In this document: piece by piece, positions 11,673 through 28,041 of the stretch
Numbering within the stretch: position 1 is the first letter of the stretch
How the letters are laid out: each line of letters starts with the position of its first letter
Assembly (NCBI RefSeq): GCF_018977255.1
Contig: NW_024704742.1
Location: 54,128,001-54,192,000, forward strand
Source of the DNA: Callorhinchus milii
Lineage: Eukaryota
Direction: 5' to 3'
Length of the DNA stretch: 64,000 nt
The notes under the pieces: generated by a model
What the model was told of the DNA's origin: nothing
Database searches by the model: none
What the model saw: only the letters and a program-made list of their open reading frames with translations
Position numbers and translations under genes: made by a program

Positions 11673-14600
11673 AATACCAATACATTATTACAAGATGTTA
11701 GGTTGAGGGATCGTCTCACATAGTCCATTTGATCTTATCCTTCCAACACTGCCTTCCTTTTATTACAACATAAAGCTGTGGTTTTGTTTCTTGGTATTGT
11801 TATTTTTTAACAATAAATCTCATTGTTAATCTATTCTGGCTGTTAATTACCCACTGTCTGTCTAAAACTTGCCCTTCACAGCCATGAACCAATTAATGAA
11901 TGATGTTAAATATTTATAACTCTTATCAGACAGTGGGCTAATCAAAACAAATCTTTCCAGGATCAGATTACTTCAGTAACATGTTTTTTCACTTCTCCAT
12001 TGGATTCAATTAAACAGGTTAAAACATTTATATTTTCAGGAACATGTGGCTGTATTTGTTCCCTGAAGAAGTTCTTATTGTATGTTTTTTAATTTAGCCT
12101 TTAAAGTCTCTGATTCATTTTCTGCAGTTCTTTGCATTTCTCAGTACTTTAGGTACATTGTAAAGTTTTTGCACAACGAGCATCTCATTTTCTGATGTTG
12201 AGTTATGGACAGGTTTGATTTGATTTGAAAAATACTGTTTCATTGAATAGTAATCTTCCATATACCTCCGATTAGACTCAGAGCCTGTAATTCTTGTTTA
12301 TTTGCATTTGTCAGTTGCCCTGATTCTGCTGGCTTCAGCTGTAGATTCAAATCATTTTATTTAACATCTGTTTGGATGTCTTAAAAGGGGTGGGAAATCT
12401 GTTCGAAGTACCTCTCGATCTGTGGAACCAGTTTCAATAATATATATTTTATCTGTCGTGGGGAATTGTCAGATTTGGTGCGATGTTTGGACCCTTCTCC
12501 ACAATGCTGGGCTGTTCCGGTGATTTATCTATTGAGAATAGTCCTGGTGCATCCCAAAAATGTCTCCATCACCTATCTTCTTTCTGTTTTTTTCACCATA
12601 TAAGGTTATAAGGTGGTAGCTGTATTTCTTTTGTCAGTCAAACTGCTCCGTGTGCATTTTAGCCTCCGAGGCACATTCAGCAGCTTCACCTAGCAAAATG
12701 CTTCAGTGATAGTCTCCACCACTTCCTTCAGCTGTGAACAGCTCTAGGGATGAAGAATGTGTAAGAAATACTGATGGTTTTGATGCATATAAAAGCAAAA
12801 AAAAATTGGAACATATACAGTGAACCTTGTCATTTCATTGGAACATGAGAACAGAGGAATGTACAGGACCTGAAAAAACAATTGCAGCAATCCAAGCATT
12901 GCAATATTAGGACATAATGCACATGACTATTCCAGCTCTTACTACAGTACACGAGTAATAAATTAGGATTAGATTCAATTTGAACCTATCACGGTTGACT
13001 ATATGCATGTGTTTGTATGTGTGGCTGTGTATACACAATGGAAAACCTATCTGCTTTGTGGGACAAATAGACAAATAGATAGAATAGAGATCACCAATTA
13101 CTTCAAACAATATTACCCGAAAAAAAGTTATCCGAAGAAAAACAATGATCCCAGTCAACAGTGCTTTTGTGTTTACAGGAAATAACAAGGCCATTTATTG
13201 CATCTTTAAATAAAGCTTAGGTCTCGGATGTTTATGTTTTATTGTCATGATTTTACAATAATTGAAAAATAATTGAGAATTTTCAAAGCTTTTGTAACTG
13301 ACTCAATGAGGTTTATTGATCGGATGTCGGTTGATGTATTAGGACCAAAGGAGAAGGTAACAGCATTAAATATTAATTTGCATCTGACTAGGCTGAAACT
13401 GTCCATGTGGCAAATAAATGTGATGACGTTATGCACGAGGGCCATAAGGAGGCAAATAAAATACTGCCAGGATTGAAACATGTTTTGACCAGAAATCTGT
13501 ATATTTTGGCTTCTGTAAGATGCAATGTTCAAATAAGATAGTTATTCTGCTTTATGATTCAGGTGGTTCCTCTCAGCTGCTATTTCAAAACAAATGTGGA
13601 GGTTTTTCTTCTGGCTTATTGTTCCTCTTTAATGTTATAGTCTCAGCCTAAATAACTAATTGTGGCAAAACATTTCATGTTCTAATAACCTATTGCATAA
13701 CATCCAATATTAATTCTTTCAGTGACGATCCGATGTTTATGCTTCTTACCGATTCACCAACAGAAAGAATAATCTCCTACTCTCTGTCCTCTCAAACCCT
13801 TCCAGAATTTTGAAGATCTCAGCATTTATTCATGTGCATTAGTATTTTGAAGACCTCAGGAGAGCTGAAGGGCCTTCTTCAACCAAACCTGTCTTGTAAT
13901 TTATTCATGTGCATTAGTACACAATCCAACAACAATCTCATTAAGGTAGAACTCATGAAAAGTGCTTTAAAATTACATAACGATTTAGGAAATTTAAAAA
14001 ATAAGAAAACGCCATTTGACTTCAGAAGTCTTTCCCTTGTTTGAGTGATCCAAGATTCACCTGCTTACCTTATTATATCTATCCATTCCATTTTCCAGAA
14101 CCCATCTGTTGTTTCTTGAACCATTTGTACTATTTGCTTCAAATCTACCAGATTTCCTTATTTAGTTCTAGTTTTTAAAAGGTTACCTCATTTTTGAAAC
14201 TATCTTCACTGTGAACTATTCATCTTGATTGCCTTTATCAGTCTTCATCCTTTCAAAAAGGTATATTGGAGATTTCAAGGTCTTTTGTTTTACATTAGAA
14301 CAAACTCAGCTTCCTCACCCTGTATTACTACTCCCACGGCCACCTGTATTTGCTATTTACCAGGCTGCTCAGGTTTAACAACAACAACTTGTATGTATAC
14401 AATGCAGTGTAGCGTGTCAGAGCACTTGAAGGTGATGGTCTCTCCCTCATGGAGTTACAGTAGTTTGATGTCTTTTTTTAAGTTTTGCTCTGATCTCTGA
14501 GTGCTATTTTAAAGTCTCGTGTTTTTGTGGTATGTTTGGAGCTTATTTGCTATCCTGTAGTTTCTTTGAGGCATTGGGATAAACTCATCAGATTTGGCCT

Positions 14601-15463
14601 GACACCCAGAGTGACTCAGTGGGTTTTACGATCGGTTGGCTGTGCTGGCTCAGGCCGGAAAGATGCATTTGGTAGAATGAGCCTGCAATTGAGAAACCAA
14701 CTTGAGAAATGAACGTACCATGGCATGAATGTTCAATTTTATTTAGGGATTGTTGGCCAGAACTTTAAAAGAAACTCCCTTTCTTCTAATAGTGCCATGG
14801 GATCTTTAGCATCCACCTCAATAGGTAGATGGGAACTCGGTTTAATGCCTCACTTGGAGGATGGTACCTCCAGCACTGCAGCACACCCACAATATTGCAT
14901 TGGAGTGTCAATTTAGATTTTTTATATGAGTTCAAAGTCCCAACACGTGGTATGATCCTGCAACTTTCTGACTCAAAGACGAGAGTGTGACCAACTGAAA
15001 CAGGCTGACCCCCACAGTGTAAAGTACACAGTCCAACTAATGTTCATTTGAAATTTGCAGCTGCATCAAGCAGTAGTTTGGGCTATAATTAGACAATCCA
15101 ATCTCGCCGGCATTTTTCCCCTACGTAGACTGTGTTCAGAAATTTAAAGTCTGCCTTTTCATTTGCTCACTTCATTCTGCTGAAGTCGGATTTTACTTCA
15201 TTTGAAGAGTGATTTTTAAGAAATATTAAATGTTATCCAATCAGGAATCGCTATGTTTTTTTTATAATTCCCCCACCCCCCCACTCATGAAAAAAATCAT
15301 TTATATAAACATCATGAGTTTGTGATGTGCCATCTGGTCAACAACAGCTTGACTTATATGGCAAGCAGATTGTTATGAGGCAGAGATGAAGATTTAAAAT
15401 GAAAGACGGAATACTGTTTGGCATGCAGAAAGTTGGAAAGTCTTAATTAACATTTGCTGGTGA

Positions 15464-15646
<183 letters not shown>

Positions 15647-16124
15647 TAAAACCAGACAGAAGTTCAACTAATGTTTATTCCTGTGCATCAGATAGTAAGC
15701 ACTGCATTACTTAGAATTTACTGCTAATGTTTATTTATTCATAAATGTCATCTGCTTGTTGTTCAGCTCCTCCTCATTACCCAAGACTCTTTGGTGTAAT
15801 TGATTATATTTCAGTTGGGATGAAAAAGCTCTCCTAGAAAAAGTAGTACCCAGCATACTGCTGTGGAAAAAATACCTTGTATCCTAAATTGGGTATTATA
15901 CAGGAAAACATTTTATGGCAAAATCGACTCGCAAAACCCTGCGGTGATCTCAGGACGGAGCCACGATCTTGACAGTTGGCTTGATGTACAGGGTGTTCCC
16001 TGCAGAAAACAGTTTGCTGCAAAGTGCTTTTTCAGTCCTGTATCTGCATTTTCCAAATGTAGCAGGCTTTGATATGAATTTATTATAACTAACACAGTTT
16101 TCTGTGAATTGGGACTGTATTTAA

Positions 16125-16439
<315 letters not shown>

Positions 16440-17070
16440 TAAACCCTTTGCTATTGAGGGGCATGTTGTGTCTCCCTCCATCTTCAGCACTTGTGCAAAT
16501 ATACACACACATTCAGAAGGGTGGGCCCAGGGTCCTCTTCTCAGATTATCCAGATTAACATCCAACATATTTTGGTGGTACAGGGTTTACCTTCCTTGCT
16601 TGGATTTACTGGTGCATGTTAGATGAGTTTAAAGCATATCCAAATAGGGTTGGAGTTGGTCATCATTAGGTCTCTAATTCATAAACTTATGCTTGGAGTT
16701 TTGTAACCGTTTTAATCGTCAAGTTTCCAATTTATGGTAGTTTAGTTCTACAAGCTAATTATATCTTATACTGCACAATTATAGAATGATTATATTACAT
16801 TGTGTGGAAATGTAACCTTTAAAATGAGACATTAAATCATTGTCTCTAATGTAGAGGAAGGTTGTGTTGGGCTATTTTAAAAAAGAAACAAATTTGAAAT
16901 ATTACATTTTTGTAGATCACCCTCATAACCCTCATGTCACACCTGAAGCCTTTCCTCTTCAACCGTTATGGTTACCTCCCCTTTCTCTCCAGCTCAGCGT
17001 CATTCTTCAGTGCTTTGAGATGGTGCCTTGTTTAAAGATCGCTATGTAAATACAGATTGTTGTGAAGTAA

Positions 17071-17241
<171 letters not shown>

Positions 17242-20200
17242 TAACATTGATTTCTTGGTTGCATCTTGCTGAATAGTAATGCACTTGTAAAGGACAACAT
17301 TGGCTTTACTTGTTGGAAACGACAGAAAATCTCCCACACAATTTCTTTGATGGTTGTGGAATGAAGGTGTTGAACTGGTTTCAGAATATTTATTGGAATG
17401 CTCAGCATGTTTTCAGGTCAAACGTGCTGCAAAGAAGCTTGAAGGGATTCGAATTTTCAATTTGACTCTCAGATTTGCAACTAATAAACTTTTTTAGGAT
17501 GTGATTTTACCCTGCGTTTTACACGTACAACTTCAGAATCAAGCCTGCCTCTGCTGGCAATTGTAATGAACATCAGCCGAATTTTCAAGTACTGAACGTC
17601 ACTGGACTCATTTTGGAATCAGTTATCTTGCTGCCTCCATTTCCAGAATGAAAAGGGGTCACGCCGGAATGAAAGGCTATGTGACGATGAGGCATTGCAC
17701 ATAAGTGCAAGATCTGTAGAGGTATACGCTTCCATTCACTGCGACTAAATTAACGTCTGCAGACTCTTTTTAAAAAATAAATAAAAGCTCAGGCCGGCAG
17801 CAAAGTTGCCTGAATTTCAGATGCATCTCCTGGCCTGTGCTTCTATTATTTTGGAAGAGGTAATTGAAAACTAAACTGCAAGGATTTGCGCATACACAAT
17901 GAGTCAAATGTCCTTGCACAATGTTATATTTTCCAAACATGCGCATGTGCATTGCACAAGTGCCTACACTCTCCTTGAGAAGTACGAAGATAAAGCTTGT
18001 CCATAAAAACAGAGCATTGGATTGTTAGCACCTCCAGCTCTGCATCACTGTCAGAAACCATATTATAGAATGAGCAATGGATCAGGCAGTTAAACTCACA
18101 TTGACCAGAAACCTATCGTGTTGGATTTGACCTCAACACAAGCTTGTAATTAGTAGTGGCAGTCAAGATAGCCGTTAGCAGGTCTGTATAAGATTCCTAC
18201 CTGTCAGCTGGGATATTAAACGGCAACCTAATCTACTAGATATCAGACGCTGGATATGAAATACAACAGGCTTACAACAGGTTTAAAAAATAATCTTGTG
18301 ATTTTGATTTTGCCAATCAGCCTTATCAAAATTTAATGATATATACCATGTCAATGATCTACTGTTTGAAGCAGGCTAAGAGACTTGAATCTTTGGATGG
18401 TTTGTCTTGTAAAATTTGCTTAGCAGTATTGTCTATAAATACACTTTTTTTTCTTTTCTTACTCTTGCTTCTTCCTTGGAACTTTAATTTCTGAAATTAG
18501 ACCCCGTATAAAATGACAAGCTGTGGTAAGTTTGTGAGATCCAGAAGCAGAATAGTTTAGACAATATGATAATTTTACCTCCAAACAAGGATTGAATTCA
18601 AGAGGAAACTTTACTAATACTTGTATATGAACGAATGCACCTGCTTTAGACTAGTCCATGTTTTTGAGTAGGAAATAATGTTCAGTAATGTGGAGAGTTT
18701 GAAAAATTACCTATACATGCAATGAATCACAAAGTTTAATAATTGAACATTGCACAAATAAAAACAACTGTAGATCAGCAGGAATTACTTCTTTGTCTTA
18801 TAAAAACAAGTTAAATGTAAAATAAAACCTCTTGCAGAATAATTTGATTATTCTGCAAGATAATAATAGCGTCGGCAGCTATGTGAACTCAAACCTCTTA
18901 GTGCTAATGCATCCTCCATTTAATTCAATGAATTGTCATCTGGGTTTAAGTTTAGCAGGACATGGGTTGGTGAATATATACATTTATACGCTACAGGCAT
19001 TGGAACTGATTTAACTGACAAAAATGATTTATTGTTAGTAAAGCATGTGGTTGCTAAAATCTATTCTGCTTGTACAAAAGGAAAAGAGTGTGATTAAATT
19101 GTTGCTTAAGCAAAAATGTCATTTCACACACACCCTTCTGACAATGCACTGATAGTGTTATGTGATCAGGTTTATGTATACATATTTCTTTAAGGCATTC
19201 TGAAGTTTGTGTTTGGATGAGTTACTGAGAACTGATTTGCTGAGAAGAGGGCAAAGAGGGAGAACGGGTGTGGCATTGCAGTTAGTTATTTATGCTGCAA
19301 CTATGTGTCACTGCATCAACTTTGTGGCACAAACATTGTTCATCTAATTATTTATGATTCAAGTAGTGTATCTTCACATGAAACTTGTACATAATGTAAA
19401 AAAAAACACATCTGGTCATTTCTAGGAAACAGGAAGCATTGGATGCAAATAATAAGAAATAATCTTTCCAATTGATATAATCTTTGCAATTGATACAGCG
19501 CCTTTTCATGATGAAACGCTTCAAAGTGCTTCTGTTAAGTGTAGCCAAATTGATACCAGCAAATTTCTGTACAATGTCCCAAAAATGGCCTAAGATCAAT
19601 ATTTTTCTGGATGATTGTTTGGTAATGATACTCAGGGAAAATCCCTTCTTTTAGAATAAAGTAATTGAATGGGGTCTACCTGAACCTCAAGTTAATGTCT
19701 CATCTGAAGGACAATACCTCCAGCGTTGCATCGAGTATCAGTGTGGACTGTGAACTCAAAGTCCGCACATGGACTTGAACCCATAAACTTTCTGACTCAA
19801 AAGTCAAGAAAGCTACCAACTGAGCCAGGCTATTACCTCAATGCACTGGGGGTCACATGAGTTAGATAAATTGAACTTTCAGATAATGCTAAGAAATTAA
19901 AACCAAAAATGGGTTTGATAACATTGTAAAGTACAACAAAAACAATCTGCATTGATATAGCACCTTTTACATAGGGAGAAGGTCTGCAATGCTTTGCAAA
20001 GACTGTGTGGCACCTCAAGCTGGGAGGAGTAAGTCAGCAATCGATCTTTAGATCGGTTTTATAAGTAGGTGGAGGTGAGATGACCCAGAGGGATTTCAGG
20101 AGAGAGTTGATAACAGCTGACATACTTTGTATAGATATGGAACAAATTGTTCCATGTCCTATATGTATAATTGTAAATTATGGAACAAATTGTTTTTATG

Positions 20201-23200
20201 TCGGGAAGTTCTTTCCTTAAAATACAATTTGTAGATTTCTTCTCGGCAATCAGAACCCTATCCTATTCATCTGTTATAAAAGTTATGAACTTTTTTTTAC
20301 CAGAAATTTGGTAGTGGGGATAGGGCATAAATGTCTGGTTATTGACTTGTATTCACTTTGTTTCATTTAATAATGTGTCATAAATTGGTATTCAGTTAAG
20401 GCAGATTCAGCAAGAATGACATTTTGTCAGTGCATTTGAGAGACTTCTGCCTTAAGGTACTTCTAACTTAATAGAGTTCCTACAATAAGATGTCCACTGT
20501 TAGCTATATCCCAGATCGAGAATGAAGAAAAAATAACTGAAGAACATCTCAGCCTTTCTTATTCATATTAATGGTGAAAGGTCACATTGCTAACAATTAT
20601 TTTTGTCCAACCGAACAAGGTAAACGTTTTCAGAAGCTGTACACATCTTATGAACATTTTGTACGTTACACAGTACAACCGTTATAATCCACTTTGTTTG
20701 AAGTGCTTTGAGACGTCCAGAAGACGTGAAAAGCGCTATATCAAATGCAAGGATTATTATTATTATTATTATTATAGCGCTTATTCAATTATAACATGGT
20801 TGTTGTGTGGATCCTATTTACTGCATATGCGTACAACTGGGCTTTCTGCTTCCTGCTCGCGTACCATGTACAGTGAATGAGGTCCCACTCTGCAACCAAG
20901 TTATAATATGTTTTCATGTAGACTTAAACCCTGGCTGGACAGACCAACCGGGGCGCGGGGGGAGTTTTGATTTAGAGAGCTGGAATTTCCAGCTACGTTG
21001 TTGGTACTGGCATTGTAATTGTTTGCAATTCTTCTGCTCATGGGATTCAAACAATCTGAGTCAAGGTCGATATTCCTGGCCACTAGGAAAGTCAGCAAGG
21101 ATGGTGAGGCTGCTCAGCTCTTTGGGTGAGGCGCACCAAAGAGAGTTGGGCTGGCTACAGTCTACAAGTGAGCCCACAGAAATTTTTGGTCCACAGATTT
21201 TTTTAAAAATTAATTTAGGTTTTGATCCAACTAGGTGCAAATTCCAGATACCCAATGTCCAGTAAGCAAAATGTTTGCTGGGTATATTATATGATAAATT
21301 AAAACTGAATTGAAGAATTTTCCAAAATTTACACAATCTTAAATTTTGAGACAATGCTAAAACAATGAGAAATGTTAACCTTCAAATGCTAAAATCGTTA
21401 GAAAATATTATTTTTACTAGAAATAGTCAAATTTAGAAATCATTTGAACAGTGGAGAAGGGTGGGAGCTGTCCAGAGCAATCCTGTACAGAATGTCATGA
21501 GTCAGGTTCCAATCTCCCACTTTTTTTCTAAAAGGCTTCTGGCAAATCAAGCACATTATATCAAATAAGCTACCACTTATAAGCTATAGAAGTGTAATCT
21601 TGTTGTTGTTGTACCATTTATCCATTAAATGAGTTAGTTCCTCCTTGAAATTCAGGAGAATTGTGAAGCATGAACCAAATTCCTTCTAAAACCATGACAA
21701 ATACTCCAGCTGAATATTGCTGACATCCAGTAAAAAATTCTTAATATTTCTTATTTACAATTTATGTTAGGGTAACAATTCCTCAATTCAGTCATCTCAA
21801 TTTTGTTTCAGTGTTGAAGTGAAGTTTCGCCCACAAAATACACAGTCAATCCACTTTACATAATATTGTGAAGCGCTTTGAGACGTCTCAATGTCTGATA
21901 AGGGCTATATCAAATGCAAGGATTATTGTTATTTACTATCCTCCAATTCTCAGCTCAATATCCTCTGCATATAGAGCTTCTGAAGCTATGAATCAAAGCC
22001 TCTGCTTTCCTTAAGGATTCTATGAAACATATCACCTGCAAGATTGTTGGATGATATCATAGCTGTTACCAAGATTACAAGTGCGGTTCAGATGGGCTCA
22101 GGCCCATTTGATCTCATCCTTCCAGAATACCCTCTCAACTATCCTCCTGTTACAGGAGCAAGCTATTTCTTGAATAATTCCAGTTTCTTGACTTCAACTA
22201 CTCTTTCTTGTAACTTGTTGCTTTAAATACTAATTAGATACTTCCTGGTGGCTATTTTGAAATTGCATCTGAACCTATGACTTCTTGTTCTGCTGCCTTG
22301 GCAAATCTCAACAGTACTGTTTGGGTTTACTTTCTCAATTTTGTTTAAAGTCTCATATGAAGAAGGGGACCTCCGACAATGCAACACTCCCCCAGCACAG
22401 CATTGGAGTGTCAGTTTAGACTATGTGATTCCAAGTCCTGGCCTGTGGCCTGAACCCACAATATTCTGACTCAGAGGCAGGAGTGTTACCACTGAGCTGG
22501 ATATCAAGTTTGTCTATATATTTATTGGAGCAAACAGATGGAAAATACTCATTGAACTGATCTACCTTTTGCAATCGTCTAATATAACAACAACAAGAAG
22601 ATTACATTTGTATAGTGCCTTTCACATCGGGAGGACATCCCTAATACTTCTGCTTGCACATTTCTCATTGTAGCAACTTAATCTACAGCGCATTCCATTT
22701 GTTCCATATCTGTAAATACTCCTTGAACTTCCGTTGCTTCCATGTACAATTTATCTTTCTTTTGTCATTTTAGCTTTTCTAATACTGATTTTATTTATGT
22801 TGAACTGACTTTTGTTTGACTTCCAATCTGAACCAGTTTTGTATCCTTTCTTTTAAAGCAGTTCTGTTTAGCCTGTGGGTTGTTTTTGGCCTTGTTCTTC
22901 AGTCAAAACATTCTTGGTTTTGCTATTGTTCTAATCGTGAAATTGGTTTCTGGTAATCTTTTTTTTAAAAAAATATTTTTTATTTTGCACCTTAATACTG
23001 TCTGGAATTAGGTAAGCAGGGTGTGTCCTCCAGGGAGATAGTGCACATTCTAGACATGATTTTATGCTGTGTTTCATTTTCCTTTTCCTCTGAATTAATC
23101 TGAAACTATTGATAGACAAGTCAATTCTCTTTTGAAATCGTGTACATCTATATCAGGTTGGTCCAATCTTTTGGGTGATGAGGGCCAGAATCTGGATTTT

Positions 23201-23347
23201 AGAAATGTCCACAGGCCGCAAAGCAATATTTTTGTGTTTCCCTTCCTGAAGCGTAACCAGTAAGAATCAGATAGAAATCCTTTGTTTTAAGTTGTGTTAC
23301 TGTATTGCAAACAATATCACAGCCAGGGATTAGGTATCTTTATCTGT

Positions 23348-23481
23348 TTCTCTGCGTGTCTCTCTCTGTCTGTGTATATCTCTGTATCTCTCTCCATCTG
23401 TGTGTGTATCTCCCTCTCTGTCTGTGTGTCTCTGTATCTCTTTCTGTCTGTATGTCTCTGTATGTGTCCCTGTATCTCTCT
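23348..23481. repeat. Imperfect (TC/TG) microsatellite
   Basis: tctctctgtctgtgtatatctctgtatctc... pattern seen directly. Confidence 0.9.
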
Positions 23482-23560
23482 TTAGGACCCCTATACTGAT
23501 AACTGGATGAAATGGCTTCTTTTCCTTTTTTCTTTTGGTTGTCTGTAATGTGTTGGGTTT

Positions 23561-23735
23561 ACAACAACGTCGGGCAGACGTCCCAAGGCATTGGACAGTC
23601 AGGGATTTGGACCCGAGCAGGAGGTTGGGATCAGGAGGGAATGATCTGACCCACTGATGATTTTGGATGATCTGCAGCTTGTGGAGGGAAGAGTTGGGAC
23701 TCTGAATACCCTCATGGTTATAACAATGAGTATAG
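23561..23735 (-). mobile_element. L2 fragment, internally deleted
   Basis: Minus strand reads PNSSLHKLQIIQN joined to the L2 3' end with an (aac)n tail. Confidence 0.65.
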
Positions 23736-24842
23736 TTTCTCCACACAATTGAAGGGCATAAATATTTACTGGAGGAAAATCTCAGTGGCATGGGACATTT
23801 TTTTCTCATTTGGAACGCAACTTGCTTTTTTCTGCCTGGAGGTACAAATAGGTAATAGTGGTTTCTGAATACAGTTTTGAAAAAGCAATTAAGTTGATGT
23901 TGGAAAACAGTTAAACAATAATATCTATTATATAACTGCAGTTTCTGAGGCTTACTAAACATTGTGGGGAGGCGGGTATTTAATCATGGTCTGAGTAGAC
24001 ATAATCCCATCAATTATTTATCTTCCAAAATTGCTGTTTGTTTTATTATTTTATCAAAACTACTAGTACCGTAATAACTAGAAGTCCAAAAGTAATAATA
24101 ATAATCATCCTTGCATTTGATACAGTGCCTTTCACTGGGAGGACATCTCAAAGCACTTCACGGGATTTTACAGTGAAATGTAGTAACTGTGTATTTAGTA
24201 GGCAACTGTGGCAGCCAAGTTGTGCACAGCAATGTCCCACAAACAGCCATGAATGATCAATTTTACCTGGGGGAATTGTTAGCCAGAAGAAACTCCCTTA
24301 TCTTTTGTATAGTGTAATGGGGTTTTTATCATCTGCTTAAACAGCAGACCTTTGCAATGCAGCACACCTGCAAGACATTATTAGAGTGTCAGCCTAGACT
24401 TTGTGGGTTCAAAGTCCCGACAGAGGGCTTGAACCCACAACCTTCTGACTCAGAGTGCTACTGAATCAGTTTTTCGCCCACTTTGAAGTTCCTTGACCAT
24501 TCCTTTCAGACTTCCCAATATTAAATCTAATATAACGTGTGCCGTAGACAGAATTTCGTAAAGCAGAGCAATTTCTGCACAAAATGCTATCTACTGGAAT
24601 GGGTTTCCAGGGCCATTGTCCTATGGGAACCTCTTTCATTCTGGAAATAATCTTATAAAATAAAGTCCCCTCACCACAGCAGTGAGAAGCAAGCACAGTG
24701 ACCTCTGGCAAAATATAGAGTAAATATTAAAAAAATTACGAGTAAGCCCTCGGGCTGAAACATTTTCAGATCAAATTCCACAAGAACATTAGTGCATTAG
24801 CAAATCTTTATTTTTATACATTTCTTCAATAAAAATAGCAAA

Positions 24843-25127
24843 AGGTTAGAGCACTTGCCTCGCAAGTGAGAGACCTAGGTTTGATTCCTGGCAGGGCGAA
24901 AGCTTTAGCAAGTTTCCTTACTCCACATGCCTGATAATAATCCCTCAATATAAAAAATAATAATTTGGTCACTTAATCCACGACTGTTTGTGGGACACTG
25001 CTGTGTACAATTGGCTGCCACGTTTCGCCCGCAAATATACAGTGAATTCACTTTGCAGCATATTCTGTGAAGCGCTTTGAGATGGCTAGAAGACTTGAAA
25101 AGCGCTATATCAAAATCCAAGGATTAT
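24843..25127 (+). mobile_element. SINE, short subfamily, slightly 5'-truncated
   Basis: Same head, core and tail as the 5363 copy. Confidence 0.85.
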
Positions 25128-28041
25128 TTGTTCAATTAAAAAAAGAACTGTGCACCAAACCTTACTTTAAAATGTCTTTAATATCTTTATGTCCGATAAA
25201 TTAGTTTTGTGTTCTTGGTAATAAGATTAATTAAAATGAGCATTTTAAAAGAACCAGCCTTTTTTTAAAAAAAGTCCACACTTTAAAATGGGTATTTGTG
25301 ATTCTTTTATTAAAGCTCTCCCTGAATTGTATTGCTATGAGCGAAAGTGTGAGTAAGCAATATGCTTTCACTCTCTAACACTAATCTTTAAGATAGTCAG
25401 AATTTTGCAAAGCAGAATAATTTCTGCACTCTTGATCAATTGATTGATTCGTATGACCTGCAATGAGACATATGAGACACCTCTGCTCAATGCTTAACAA
25501 TTTGCCACGCAAACAATTATCAGCAAGTTAAGTGTTCTGTAGAGTTTTGAGTAAACTGGAGAGTGCAGTGGGTAGGGAATGTCGAGTGATACAGCAAGCC
25601 ATCGTTTCCAATTGAAGAATAGGAACTCCATTTTATGATCAAATCATATACTGACATTGTATTTGTGCCTGAGTTTATATTTGATGAATACTGCAGGAAA
25701 TGTGTTCATTGAAAATACATGTCAAAACACTGCAGTAAGTATTTTGGGGGGATTAAAGAGTTGAGCTGTAATTTGCGGTATTAGCTCATTCTAATCATGT
25801 CTATAACATGTATTTGAGATTCACTGCAAAAGTTACAATTAAAAAAGGATTTTTAAAAATATGCAAACTATAAAATAATTGAAGCTCAAGAAATACATCT
25901 TGTTGTGGTCTTTGCCATGGTATTGTCCTGTCTGGGCTCTTTGCTTTCTTTAGTGGACCAATAACCTGGTTAGTGATTTATTATGAATCAATCTAGTGCT
26001 TCACACTGCCTTTTCCTGATTTATTTCCAGAGGTATTGTGGAGCTGCTCAGCAGAACATTATAACCTGTTGCTTTGTGTCTTATCATATGTTTAATAATT
26101 AGGTGAATTTACTGCCCATTTTTTTGATAATGACATACAGTGAACATTAATTAGTACATGTTCCTCTGTTTCCCTCTTGCTTTTCTGAACAATTAGCTAT
26201 TTACATTTTCTGTTTGAGCTGCAGTATTGGTGGAAATCGCTTGCCATTTATTACAATTTCTCGGTGTACTGCTTCTACCATCTTATCCAACTGATAGCTG
26301 CCAGGTCCGCCCTTGTCAGCAGTGCAACTCCTCAGGTCTGTGAAGCGAGATACTCTTTCAGAGAACTCCGGTATATGATTAGCACACAACCAACAACAAC
26401 TTGCATTTATGTAGCGCCTTTCAAGCGGGGTAGAGTCCTGGTGCACTTCACAGTGGCTTCACACAACCATATTCCACTGATACCACGAATGTTTATATTT
26501 CTCCAAGGACCTATATCTCTAGTTTCAATTGTTTATTTCTAACGCTCCTTGAAATAATATAAAACAGTTTAAGCTCATATTGGAGAACTTCCCTCTTCCC
26601 ACCCCGCCCAATTTATCTGTGTACATTTGCCATTCAGACTTTTTTTGAATGTCTGAATGGCTATAGTAAACTGCTGATAACTCAACATATGCTTAATTTG
26701 CCACAACCACTTGAATTATCATGCGATCAATATCCTGGCCACATTTATTTATGTATTTATACATATACCTAACCCTCCTCTCCTGATAACTCGTAACTGA
26801 GCCCTTTTACTTTGGAACGATGAGTAATCAGGAGTTCACTGTAATTATATTTCCTTTCCACTCTGTCAGCAATAACTATTGGCTCATTCATTTCACCAAA
26901 TTATTAAGCTCATTTTTGTTACATTTCTGGATACACTTAATTTTTTGTAATCACAGTTATTTCATGGAACATTAACATTTTTGTAGCAAGGACAGCAATA
27001 TTCTGTGCTAAAAGCAGCTTATTTGTAGAATCGTACGTTTAGATTTAAATCTAAATCCTGAACAAGGGAATATGTTCTTTAGTTCTTCATGAACAACCTG
27101 GTAGGTTGCCACAATACTAAACACATTACATGAAGTGGTAGTGCCCCACTAGACAGCTGTGTAATGAGGAGCTTCACTTGATGTAACCAGTGAACTCAGA
27201 TTCCTGATATCAACGACATTGCTTTAAAGCAGAGCGCCATTTGTTACTGACATACAAAGCTTGATTAATGATATTGTCATCTTAAAGGACAGAGAAGGTC
27301 AGTACGGGAAGGAAACCAGCACTAATCATAAGAATTATATTGATTGATTGTATCTCACATAAATATGAGATGTAAAGGACAAACATGTACATTACACCAG
27401 GCTGTGTAGATTCGGACTCAGAATAAATACACATCCATCCAATTGCCTGGATTTCATGTGTCTTTGTTCTTTTACATTCTAAAGGCATAAACTGCAGATT
27501 AAGAGCCGTCAACTGAATGGGGTTTTATAACAAACTGCCGGGCAGAAACTGTCATTTTAGGCTGTAATAGATATAAAGCACAGGTGAAATCAAGAGAAAC
27601 AAACCATTACTTCAAAGCGTAAACTGTGATTTTACAAGATTCAAGTATCGTGCAGATGCAAAAAGATGCATTGCGACATCCGGGTTTGCTTTTCAGCTTG
27701 GATGGAAACGTTACCTTTGATGATATTTCTGACAGATTAAATTATTACATATAGTGGAAATGAAGAACTGTATTTTTTTAGCTAAAACCTGGGCTAATAG
27801 AAAAGTGCGGAAGTATTTGTTCAAAATTGCGGGGAGATTTGGAAATTGCAGGAGTTTCGTTAGCGCCATTGAGGTACATTTTACTGCCAACCTACATTTT
27901 TTCACTTTATTGATAAAAACTTGACATAAGGAAATAACACATATTAGATTGTTGCAAAAAAAATACTTGTTTAACATAAATTGAACTTTTTTTGGGGGGG
28001 GAGGTGGGGGGGGAACACCAGCGAGGCTACAGGAACGAAGG

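Noticed and set aside
23330..23962. Longest ORF in the track (210 aa, minus strand)
   Set aside because: Runs through a microsatellite and an L2 fragment; no recognisable domain or splice context.
26629..26661. 11-bp inverted repeat gccattcagac / gtctgaatggc
   Set aside because: Length is around chance expectation for 64 kb.
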